This document shows positions 11,040 through 19,642 of a DNA stretch of 64,000 bases, in pieces (the first letter of the stretch is position 1; every line of letters begins with the position of its first letter). The notes under the pieces are model-generated. The model did not search any database. It was given only the letters and a program-made list of their open reading frames with translations, and had not been told where the DNA came from. A program made the position numbers and the translations under genes. The stretch is taken from NCBI GenBank assembly GCA_963719495.1, contig CAVRCI010000002.1:640001-704000 (forward strand), written 5' to 3'. This DNA is from an uncultured Verrucomicrobiae bacterium (GTDB lineage: Bacteria; Verrucomicrobiota; Verrucomicrobiia; Chthoniobacterales; JAATET01).

Positions 11040-12209
11040 ATGAGTGAGTCTTCCCCGGTGCGTATCGGCATCATCGGTCTTGGCAACATGGGCACTTCGC
11101 ACGCGAAGACCATCCTTGCCGGCAGCGTCCCCGACCTTGAACTCGCGGCTGTCGCCGACCTCGATCCGGCTCGGCTCGAGAAATACCCCGACCTCGAGCG
11201 CTTCGAAGACGCGATGGCTTTGATGAGCAGCGGGAAAGTCGACGCCGTGCTGATCGCCACGCCGCACTACAGCCACACGCCACTCGGAGTCGCGGCGCTC
11301 CAGGCCGGGCTGCATGTCCTCGTCGAGAAACCGATCTCGGTGCACAAGCAAGAATGCGAAGAACTCATCGCCGCTTACCGACCGGAGTCTGGCCAAATTT
11401 TTGCCGCCATGTTCAATCAGCGCACCGACCCGCGCTACCGCAAGCTCCGGGAGCTGATCCACGACGGCACGCTGGGGACGATCCGGCGGATCAATTGGAT
11501 CATCACCGACTGGTTTCGCACCGAGAGTTACTACCAATCCGGCGGCTGGCGCGCGACGTGGGCGGGCGAGGGCGGGGGCGTCCTGCTCAACCAATGCCCG
11601 CACAACCTCGATCTTTGGCAGTGGCTCTTCGGGATGCCGGACCGCGTGATCGCCCGCTGCCAGATCGGACGTTTTCACGACATCGAAGTCGAGGATTCCG
11701 TCACCGCGATGTTGGAATACGAAAGCGGCGTTCAGGGTGTCTTTGTGACAACGACGGGAGAGGCCCCGGGAACGAACCGCCTCGAAGTGGTCGCCGAGAA
11801 CGGCAAAATCGTCATCAGCAACGACCAACCCGGGCTCGTCTTCACGCGCAACGAGCGTCCGAGCAGCGCGTTTTCCCGCGAGTCGACTTCGAGCTTCGCG
11901 AAACCCGACGTCTGGGACGTCTCGATCGGCGTCCACGGCAACGGCGAGCAACATCTCGGGATTCTAAAAAATTTCACTGCGGCCATCCGGGGCGAGGAGG
12001 CGTTGGTCGCTCCCGCGGAGGACGGGATTCATTCCGTCGAGTTGGCGAACGCGATGCTCCTCTCCAGTTTCCGCGACCAACCCATCTCGATTCCCGTCGA
12101 CGGAGCCGAATACGCGGCCGAGTTGAAAAAAAAAATCGAATCCTCGACGTTCCGGAAAGCGGAGCCGACGAAGACCAACTCGGTTGATGATTTCTCGAAG
12201 AGCTTTTAG
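11040..12209 (+). CDS. Gfo/Idh/MocA family oxidoreductase
   Basis: IGIIGLGNMG Rossmann motif, HVLVEKP, GGGVLLNQCPHNLD. Confidence 0.93.
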   Translation: MSESSPVRIGIIGLGNMGTSHAKTILAGSVPDLELAAVADLDPARLEKYPDLERFEDAMALMSSGKVDAVLIATPHYSHTPLGVAALQAGLHVLVEKPISVHKQECEELIAAYRPESGQIFAAMFNQRTDPRYRKLRELIHDGTLGTIRRINWIITDWFRTESYYQSGGWRATWAGEGGGVLLNQCPHNLDLWQWLFGMPDRVIARCQIGRFHDIEVEDSVTAMLEYESGVQGVFVTTTGEAPGTNRLEVVAENGKIVISNDQPGLVFTRNERPSSAFSRESTSSFAKPDVWDVSIGVHGNGEQHLGILKNFTAAIRGEEALVAPAEDGIHSVELANAMLLSSFRDQPISIPVDGAEYAAELKKKIESSTFRKAEPTKTNSVDDFSKSF

Positions 12210-12245
12210 GCGGACCGCAATCCGCAAACCCAAACGATTTTTATT

Positions 12246-13340
12246 ATGAGCAGAGACGGAATGAATTACCTGCCGGAGATCAAATCGGCCCCCGTGGTGA
12301 AACCCGGCGAGTTCGTGTTCGCGGCGTCGCACTTCGACCACGGCCACATCTACGCGCAGGTCCGCAGCCTCGTCAACGCGGGTGGCGTCTGCCGCGCGAT
12401 CTTCGAGCCTCGCGCCGAGAAGCTCGAAGGGCTAAAGGATCTCATCGAGAGCGGCACGAAGGTCGTGCAATCCTTCGAGGAACTTCTCGACGATCCGGAA
12501 ATTCAGGTCGTCACGTCCGCCGCAATCCCGAACGAACGGGCCGACATCGGTCTCCGCGTCCTCGACGCGGGGAAAGACTATCTCACGGACAAAGCGCCCT
12601 TTACCACACTCGGACAACTGGAAGCCGTTCGGGCGAAAGTCGCCGCCGTGAACAATCGCTACATGGTGTGTTACTCGGAGCGCCTTTGCAGCGAATCCGC
12701 GTGGCAGGCCGGCGAACTGATCCGCCAAGGAGCGATCGGTCGCGTCCTTCAAGTCCTCAACCTCGCACCGCACAACCTCGCGGCGTCGACTCGACCGGAA
12801 TGGTTTTTCGAGAAGGAGCGATACGGCGGAATCCTCACCGACATCGGGTCTCACCAATTCGAGCAATTCCTCACCTACAGCGGGGCCAGCGACGGAACGA
12901 TCAATTTCGCGCGAGTCGAAAATTTCGGCAATCCGGAGCATCCCGGTCTGGAAGATTTCGGCGAAGCCTCGCTCACTCTCGATACCGGAGCCTCGGCCTA
13001 TTGCCGGATCGATTGGTTCAACCCGAAAGCCTCGCGCACGTGGGGTGACGGTCGGACTTTCGTCCTCGGAGACAAAGGTTACTTGGAACTGCGCAAATAC
13101 ATCGACGTCGCGCGGGATGGCGGTGGCGACCAAATTTTCCTCGTCAACGACGATACGGAATCCGAGATCGAGTGCCGGGGTAAAGTCGGGTTTCCGTTCT
13201 TTGGAAAGTTCATCCTCGACGTCCTCAACCGCACCGAGCACGCGATGACCCAAACCCACGCGCTCAAAGCCGCCGAACTCTCACTCCAAGCGCAGGTGAT
13301 GGCTGACGGGGGCAATGCGCTTACCCGCCAGAGCGCGTGA
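12246..13340 (+). CDS. Gfo/Idh/MocA family oxidoreductase
   Basis: DYLTDKAP (EKP-equivalent), YGGILTDIGSHQFE. Confidence 0.88.
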   Translation: MSRDGMNYLPEIKSAPVVKPGEFVFAASHFDHGHIYAQVRSLVNAGGVCRAIFEPRAEKLEGLKDLIESGTKVVQSFEELLDDPEIQVVTSAAIPNERADIGLRVLDAGKDYLTDKAPFTTLGQLEAVRAKVAAVNNRYMVCYSERLCSESAWQAGELIRQGAIGRVLQVLNLAPHNLAASTRPEWFFEKERYGGILTDIGSHQFEQFLTYSGASDGTINFARVENFGNPEHPGLEDFGEASLTLDTGASAYCRIDWFNPKASRTWGDGRTFVLGDKGYLELRKYIDVARDGGGDQIFLVNDDTESEIECRGKVGFPFFGKFILDVLNRTEHAMTQTHALKAAELSLQAQVMADGGNALTRQSA

Positions 13341-13419
13341 GCCTATAATGGAAAATCGCTGAGGAGAGCGTAAAGCGCGTAGCGTTAGCGGGATGCAGAT
13401 CGCTGATGCGCAGGAGTCG

Positions 13420-14770
13420 ACTCACCCAGAGGGTGAGTCGAAATAGCAGATGGAAGGGGAGGCTGGCCGGAGGATACGCCGGAAGGGAGGTATTAGGCGG
13501 AAGGGGACGAGACGACGCCGGTGACGCAAGAGGGATACTTGATTTTCTTTTTCCAGTTTTTGGAGGCGGGCGGAAGGTGGTAGGAGTTTCTGTCGGCGTG
13601 CCAGTAGAGGCATGCAGGCATCGATGTCACGGTCAAGCCGCTCTTCGACCGACAGGAAGGAGCGCGCATCGGTTACAACCCGCAGAAGCCCGGTCGTCCC
13701 CGTCACTCCTATCACAGTTACTTCGTGGCCAATTTGAGGATGAGCCTGGGAGTGGAAGTCCTTCCGCGCAACGAACACGCCGGGGCGCGGGTGCCGCCTG
13801 GCTGGTCGGAGACATTGGAAGAACTTCCCCGCCACCGCTGGCCGACGTTGGCCCGCGGCGATTGCGGCTGCGGCAACGAAGCGGTGATGCTTGAGTGTGA
13901 CGAACGGGGCCTGCCCTACCTCTTCAAGCTGCGGCACACGGCTAAAGTCAAAACGTTGGTCCAGACCATCATGAGGGCTGGAGCGGCGTGGGAAGGTTGC
14001 GGCGATGGCTGGCAGGCCCTGGAGAGTTCGATCCGTTTGAGTGGTTGGACGTGCGCTCGCCGAGTCGTGCGCGTCCGTGAAAGTCCAGCTCGGGCACCGA
14101 TTCGCGAACCCGACAGGCCCCGGCGCGGTAAGAATCGCCCCAAGCTCAAGGCGAAGGCTGGGACTCCCAAGCAACCCCTTGGAGCGGTAAGTTCGCCATT
14201 CTGAATACTTCACTAGACCCCCTAGCCCACCCCGGCCGCGTCATGGCCGAGCATTACCGCCAACGCGCCGACGCCGAACCGAAGCGCAGATAGACCGCCG
14301 CAGGCAGCCCGAAGGGTGGAGCGCGGCGACATCAGAACGCCGTCGACGAGCTTAAAAAACCGTGGAGCTAGAGGGGTTTCACCTCGCATCGTCTGGCATC
14401 CTGCCGCCTGATGGCCAACCGCATCGCCCCCTTTTGCCGCTGGTGGTGCCTCTCCCTACGCTTCTACGACGATGAGCATCACCGTGAAGCCATCCACTCC
14501 CGACCCATTCTCAAGGCCGGAGTCGCCCGCCAGATCAAGAGCGCCGGTCAGCGCACCGTGCGCGAGAGTATCCTGCACGAAATAGGACATCTCATCGCCC
14601 ACGCCCTCACCCAGATCAGCAACGAGATCGCCTTCATCAGTTCCATCACGGAGCGATGAACCGTGTCCCAACGCTGGCCCCTGCTCCTGACCCGCCTTTT
14701 GTGCCGCTGGCTCGGTGGGAAATAGCTCTCCGAACTGCCTCCCGACACGGCCCTGCTCCTTAGCGGGTGA
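13420..14770 (+). pseudogene. Degraded IS1380-family transposase remnant
   Basis: Fragments THPEGES, TPVTQEGYLIFFFQFL, IDVTVKPLF..QEGARIGYNPQKPGRPRHSYH, RGDCGCGNE, YRQRADAE..NAVDELK. Multiple stops, frameshifts, an apparent internal deletion and a 57-bp insertion. Confidence 0.8.
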
Positions 14771-14962
14771 GAAATCATCCCGGACTTCACCCCCTGATCC
14801 CCGAATCCCGCGAGTCCTCCTTCTTGGCGCTGCTCCTACTCGCCCATTTTCTTCTTTTGGGTGAAAAAGTCGTTAGGCGTTGGATTCGCCGAGTTGCTTG
14901 ATTAGAGCACGGTAGGCAACAATTTTGAGATGTGTATTCGTTGAAAGCGGCTGCTACCCGCC

Positions 14963-16294
14963 CTACGCGAAGACGAAGGAATCGGGTTTGATGGTGTCCC
15001 GAGCAATCCGGCTCAGATAGGCCTCTAGCCAGCGGTTGTGTTTGCCGGAGGCGCTAGCTTGGCGGGCAAGAGCGGTCAGCTTGGCCTTCGGAAGGGCGGT
15101 GAGATTGAGCTCCTTGCGGATGAGTGTGATGCGCTCTGCGAACTCTTCGACGGTGAGCGGTTCCAGGATGAGGAGGTCGGCGTTAAACCGGAAAAGTAGC
15201 TCATCGGGGATCGCGGTTTGGGAATCGAGATCGATGGACCAATCGGTTTCGGCGGAGGAATCGGCCTTGAAACCCATCGAGCGGGATTTGCAGGAGTAAA
15301 GGTTTTGCCAGGTGCCAGCGCCGACGATGAAAAAATTGTCCCGAAACTTCGCCGCGAGTTCGTCAGTCCATTCGGAGAACGGTTCCGTGCGCCCGTCGAG
15401 AACGGCGAAGACTTCCTGACGCAGATGTAGACTCCAATCGGACGAGCCGTTGAGCTTGTCGACTTCGTCGATGAATAGGAGACCGCGGTCATTCGCTTTG
15501 ACGAATGCGGCCAAAGCTTGGGGAGTCGACGGCGCTTGGCGGGCGCTCTCGAGAATCCATGAGCCGCAGTCCGTTCCCATGAAGGCAAGGTTCTGATCGG
15601 CGGAAAACCGGTTCACGAGAGCCGTCTTGCCGGAGCCGGACGGTCCGACGATGAGCGGAATGGGCCGCGTGTCGTAACCCGCCGCGCGGATACGCTTGCG
15701 CTTCATCGCGTAAAACCCCTGGAGCTTGGCTAGCAGCAGCCGTTGCGACTGACTGAGCTGGAAAGATTGACTGGCCGCGGATGGTTTTGGCTGGGTGCGC
15801 TTGAAAAGTCCGACGGCGACGTGTTCGCTGAACGAAATGCGACTCCAACCGACGAGATCAAACGGAGGAAGTGAGCGGGCATCCGGGGAGCGTGTCCAGA
15901 CGAGTGTCATGGGTGTATGCAGATCGAGCTTTAGCAGCGCAGCGATGAGATCGGCGCGAATCGGCAGGTTGTTTGCGAGCCCTGCCTCAAGAGTGTCGGC
16001 GATCAGAAGAACGGTCGCGCGTTCAACTTCGAGCGACACGGGCTTCGTAGCAAAGATGGCATTCAAGTAGCTGAAAACGTGACCGGTGAGTCCGAATCTG
16101 TCGTGGGATTCATTTCCGAGCTGATACAGCGGTCCGCGGTTGTCGCTCGCTCCGATTTTCCAATTGATAACGCGCTCACGGAGGTAGGCGACGTAACAGC
16201 GGAGTTGGACGGTGAGGGCCTTGGCCTCGGCTTCACTGGTGCCGAGATTGTAGGCGATGAGGTCCTTGGTGAGTTCAGTTGTGGTGTTGTTCAT
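14963..16294 (-). CDS. ClpX/HslU-like AAA+ ATPase with unknown N-terminal domain
   Basis: Walker A VGPSGSGKT, Walker B LLFIDEVDK, FIVGAGTW...SMGF...IPDELLFRF, which parallels ClpX FICGGAF...GIGF...IPEFIGRL. Confidence 0.8.
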   Translation of the reverse strand: MNNTTTELTKDLIAYNLGTSEAEAKALTVQLRCYVAYLRERVINWKIGASDNRGPLYQLGNESHDRFGLTGHVFSYLNAIFATKPVSLEVERATVLLIADTLEAGLANNLPIRADLIAALLKLDLHTPMTLVWTRSPDARSLPPFDLVGWSRISFSEHVAVGLFKRTQPKPSAASQSFQLSQSQRLLLAKLQGFYAMKRKRIRAAGYDTRPIPLIVGPSGSGKTALVNRFSADQNLAFMGTDCGSWILESARQAPSTPQALAAFVKANDRGLLFIDEVDKLNGSSDWSLHLRQEVFAVLDGRTEPFSEWTDELAAKFRDNFFIVGAGTWQNLYSCKSRSMGFKADSSAETDWSIDLDSQTAIPDELLFRFNADLLILEPLTVEEFAERITLIRKELNLTALPKAKLTALARQASASGKHNRWLEAYLSRIARDTIKPDSFVFA

Positions 16295-16342
16295 ACTCCG
16301 CCGAGATACGGAGGTACGTTTTCCACGTTGGGCTTGGGTCGG

Positions 16343-17128
16343 CTACTCGGCGCAGCCGTAACGGCTCGCCCAGAACCGCGCGGTCGCGAGGATCTCGTCG
16401 CCGAAGTCGTCCGGCCACTTCGCGTCGACGTAGAGGTCGATTTGGCGACTCCAGTAGAGACGGGGACCAGCGGGTGTTTCGAAGAGTGACGTCTGGGGCC
16501 AGCGCAATCGGGCGAGGTAGCGGTTAGTTGAAAGCTTGCGCCCATCGCGGCGGGCGGCGACCAGCCGCGTCAGACGGTCGCTGGCCTCGCGACGGCTCAG
16601 ATCGGGATGCACGATCCGGGGCCGGAATAGTCGCTCGTTGAACGGACGAAGGTCATCGATCAGCCCCAGGAATTGCAGCCGCGCTTGATCAGGCTGGCTG
16701 TGCCGGGAAAGAATGTGGGCAACCTCCGCTGCCAGTCCAATTGTCGCCTCGACGCACAGAGTATCGTCGGGATGCGAGAGCAGGTAGTCCGCGATGCGGC
16801 TGTCCTCGAGAGTGCGCAATGCTAATTCTTGGCGGTAGTCGTCGAGCTGACGCTCCCATCTTGGATCCGGTGAAGCTGCGTAGAACGCCCGGTTGCCGAT
16901 AAGTCCGATCTGGTGCACGCGCGGCACACTCAGCACGCTGTTACGAGCGGCAGCGAGGAGCTGTTGGCCGAGACGCTTGAGCAAATCGGGTCGAAGCTCC
17001 GGGCGGCGAGCGAAATAGATCTGCAGGTCCTGACTACAGACCGGTCGCGCGAGTTCCTCCGAAAGGACGCGCACGGATTCGATGAGCCGTGCCTTCTGCG
17101 AACGGAGATGAACCTGCAAAATACTCAC
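16343..17128 (-). CDS. Hypothetical protein (261 aa), possibly an N-terminal winged-helix
   Basis: GTG start overlaps the stop of the TnsC-like gene (GTGA coupling). No family motif recognised. Confidence 0.65.
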   Translation of the reverse strand: MSILQVHLRSQKARLIESVRVLSEELARPVCSQDLQIYFARRPELRPDLLKRLGQQLLAAARNSVLSVPRVHQIGLIGNRAFYAASPDPRWERQLDDYRQELALRTLEDSRIADYLLSHPDDTLCVEATIGLAAEVAHILSRHSQPDQARLQFLGLIDDLRPFNERLFRPRIVHPDLSRREASDRLTRLVAARRDGRKLSTNRYLARLRWPQTSLFETPAGPRLYWSRQIDLYVDAKWPDDFGDEILATARFWASRYGCAE

Positions 17129-17913
17129 TCGGTGATCAGGTCGCGGAGAACGGTGCTCACCCGTTCCTCATCGACTTCGGCGGTGCCGTGCCGAAGAACG
17201 TAGAGCCGGGCAAAGTAGTTTAGTCGTCTAAGGCTGCCACCGGTCCCGGCGTGGATCAGGGACGCGGTTCTGCGCGCGGTTTTGTCGCCGGAGTTGATGC
17301 GGATGGCGAGTTCGTCGAAGACTGGACTCCACTGACGAAGGGTCGCCAAGCTGAGCGCTGCGGAAAGCGGTTTCCCGTGACAGCAACGCAGTGTGCGGGA
17401 CATCCCCGGAGCGTAATGAGCCAACCAAGTTGCCAATTCAGTGTTGCCGCAGAGAATGGCGCTGAGCCCGTAGTCATCCGAGTGGGCCGCGTCCACCATG
17501 GCGATGAAACCTTTCAGGCCGTCCAAGGGCCAGTGATCGGCTTCGTCGACGAGGAGGAGTTTGATTTCACGGGCTCGAATCTCGCGCAGGGCGAGCTTGA
17601 TGAGCACCTGCAGCGTCAATCCGCTTGGAATCGTGGAACTTCGAATCCCGATGGCGTGCAGAAAATCCCGCACGCATCGCGTGTGGCCCTCCGTTTGATA
17701 CGCGCGAAAGTAGAAGCAATTTGATCCGGGACGACTGAGCTTCCGCTCGACTGATCGGAGCGCGACCGTCTTGCCGATTCCGCTGGGGCCGGTGACCGCT
17801 CCCAGACAGCCGAGCTGGAGGCAATCACTGGCGAGAATTTCGACTTCCTCAAGCAGGGGAATCGTTACGATCCGCTCAAGGGTTGGTTCGGGAGTAGTCG
17901 GAGAGTCTTTCAT
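17125..17913 (-). CDS. TnsC/TniB/MuB-like AAA ATPase (transposition helper)
   Basis: TGPSGIGKT, LLLVDEAD, TGGSLRRL. Directly downstream of the DDE transposase. Confidence 0.88.
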   Translation of the reverse strand: MKDSPTTPEPTLERIVTIPLLEEVEILASDCLQLGCLGAVTGPSGIGKTVALRSVERKLSRPGSNCFYFRAYQTEGHTRCVRDFLHAIGIRSSTIPSGLTLQVLIKLALREIRAREIKLLLVDEADHWPLDGLKGFIAMVDAAHSDDYGLSAILCGNTELATWLAHYAPGMSRTLRCCHGKPLSAALSLATLRQWSPVFDELAIRINSGDKTARRTASLIHAGTGGSLRRLNYFARLYVLRHGTAEVDEERVSTVLRDLITE

Positions 17914-17971
17914 TTGGTTTAGATACGCGGAGCTTTTGTCGGGGATGGCGGGTCGAGGTAGGAGTGATTAA

Positions 17972-19492
17972 TTACGCCTCGTCCTCGGACTCATCTGGGA
18001 GTTCCGGGATGGTGAGGTCTTCTTCGCCGTTCCATTCTTTTTCCCAGTCTTCGCCGTTGCTCATCGGGATCACTTTGTCGTCCTTGCGGCCCGTCAGCTT
18101 CGACGGGTGTTCAGGCAAGATTCGGCGGGCTTCGCGGATGAGGGCTTTGCGCAACCGAGCCAATTCCTTGGCGCGAACCAGGCGCGCGCTTCCGAGTTGT
18201 TCGGCGAGTTTGGAATTCCCTTCGATCTGGTGAAGTCGCGCGATCAAACGTCCATCGTGGAAGCAATCTGCCTCAGTATCGCCACCTTCCGGGCGCAAAC
18301 GAAGGGTGACGCGCTGACGGACGAGTCCGGCCAACTCGGGCGCGGTCAGGTGTCGACCCGGTCCGATCTCGATTCCATCGCGATTGACGGTTTTCTCAAC
18401 CCGCACCTTGCAGGCTTCGACGACATCGTTGGCGAGAAAACTCAATCCGTGCGCGTCGCAGAGTCCGTCGAGCCACGCCTCGTAAGGACTTTTGCCGAGG
18501 GAGCGATGTTCGCGGAGATGGTAGTCGGCGAGAAACTTCTCGGTGAGGCGAGGGAGGATCGGCCAGGGTAGGGGATTCGCTTTGGCCGCCTGGAGTCCTC
18601 GGTGTTGGTGGGCATATCCGTCGAGATGCCGGAGGAGCTGGTCGCCGAGAGTCCGGAAAAAGCGTTCGATTTTGCCATTACTGGAGGGACAATCGTTCTC
18701 GATCCGCTTCGCTTGGACACCGAGGCGGAGCAGAGCGTCGAGGAAGTCGGCGCTTTTGAAAATGCTGCCATTGTCGGTTTGCACCGTGTTGGGAACGCCG
18801 AGAAACGGGAATCGGTCGTCCTCCGTTGGAAGGATCGCAGTTCTTAACGCGAGAAGTAGGTCGGATGTCGTCGGAGAAGTGCGGACAAGGTGCAGCCGCA
18901 TCACGATGCGCGTGGCGCAGTCGATAATCCCGATGGCCCACGGCTGGAAGAGTTCGCCCGAGACTGGATCGAGGATCCAGACACCGATCTGCGTCGCGTC
19001 GATTTGCCAGCAAGCGTTCGGAGCGGTGTGCTCCTTGCGCTGAACGAGGCCCCATTTTTCGAACAGATGTTTGCTTCCGTGGATCATCATCTCCCGAGCG
19101 TCGGGCGGCAGCTTGGTCACGGCCCGAAGCAGCATCCCGTAGGACGGAAATGACCAACCCTCGCTTTTGGCAATCGGTTCGAGAGCTCGCCAAGCGGCGG
19201 TTAGCGTCGTTCGGCGATGGGTGGCGGTGAACGCCAGAACCCAGGTGAGGCACAGCGAGTCGACCTCGCTTCGACGACCGTTCGACTGGCGGTGATCGAT
19301 CAGCCCATTGAGTCCGCTTTTGGACCTTCGGAGAATCGAGCGCAGCGTCGATTCGGGAATCCCGGCCCGTGCGGCAAATGCTCGGATCGAGAGCTCAGAT
19401 TTCTTGAAACGTTCGATCAGCTGTTTCGCTTCGAAGACCCGGAGTAGTTGTCGTTCGTCAAGAATACCGCCTGGATGATTGGTCGTTTGCAT
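17972..19492 (-). CDS. Mu/TnsB-like DDE transposase (integrase core)
   Basis: N-terminal HTH (SIRAFAARAGIPESTLRSIL), catalytic WQIDAT / VQTDNGS / NGKIERFF, Mu-C-like KTVNRDGI, acidic C-terminal tail. Confidence 0.92.
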   Translation of the reverse strand: MQTTNHPGGILDERQLLRVFEAKQLIERFKKSELSIRAFAARAGIPESTLRSILRRSKSGLNGLIDHRQSNGRRSEVDSLCLTWVLAFTATHRRTTLTAAWRALEPIAKSEGWSFPSYGMLLRAVTKLPPDAREMMIHGSKHLFEKWGLVQRKEHTAPNACWQIDATQIGVWILDPVSGELFQPWAIGIIDCATRIVMRLHLVRTSPTTSDLLLALRTAILPTEDDRFPFLGVPNTVQTDNGSIFKSADFLDALLRLGVQAKRIENDCPSSNGKIERFFRTLGDQLLRHLDGYAHQHRGLQAAKANPLPWPILPRLTEKFLADYHLREHRSLGKSPYEAWLDGLCDAHGLSFLANDVVEACKVRVEKTVNRDGIEIGPGRHLTAPELAGLVRQRVTLRLRPEGGDTEADCFHDGRLIARLHQIEGNSKLAEQLGSARLVRAKELARLRKALIREARRILPEHPSKLTGRKDDKVIPMSNGEDWEKEWNGEEDLTIPELPDESEDEA

Positions 19493-19642
19493 GGGGGCGA
19501 GATACGGAGTGCCTCGGCCAGAGATCTGGACCCGCTCGAGCGATGAAAATTGCCGACTGCTACCGGCGAATTTTTTAAAACGCGCCGAGTAGCCGAACGC
19601 GGGGGGATGCGCGTGGGCTCGTTTGCGAATGACTCTGGCAAC

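Noticed and set aside
12126..12135. A10 homopolymer as a phase-variation switch
   Set aside because: It is in frame (KKK) and only about 25 codons from the stop, so slippage would probably have little effect.
13417..13441. 11-bp hairpin TCGACTCACCC-aga-GGGTGAGTCGA as terminator of the Gfo operon
   Set aside because: There is no U-tract, and it overlaps the THPEGES N-terminal codons of the IS1380 remnant.
14780..14962. TGT-initiated transposon end (TGTGTATTCGTTGAAA at 14931) pairing with TTCAACGA at ~24653
   Set aside because: Only an 8-bp match, with no terminal ACA, no repeated TnsB sites and no TSD, so it is insufficient to call an end.
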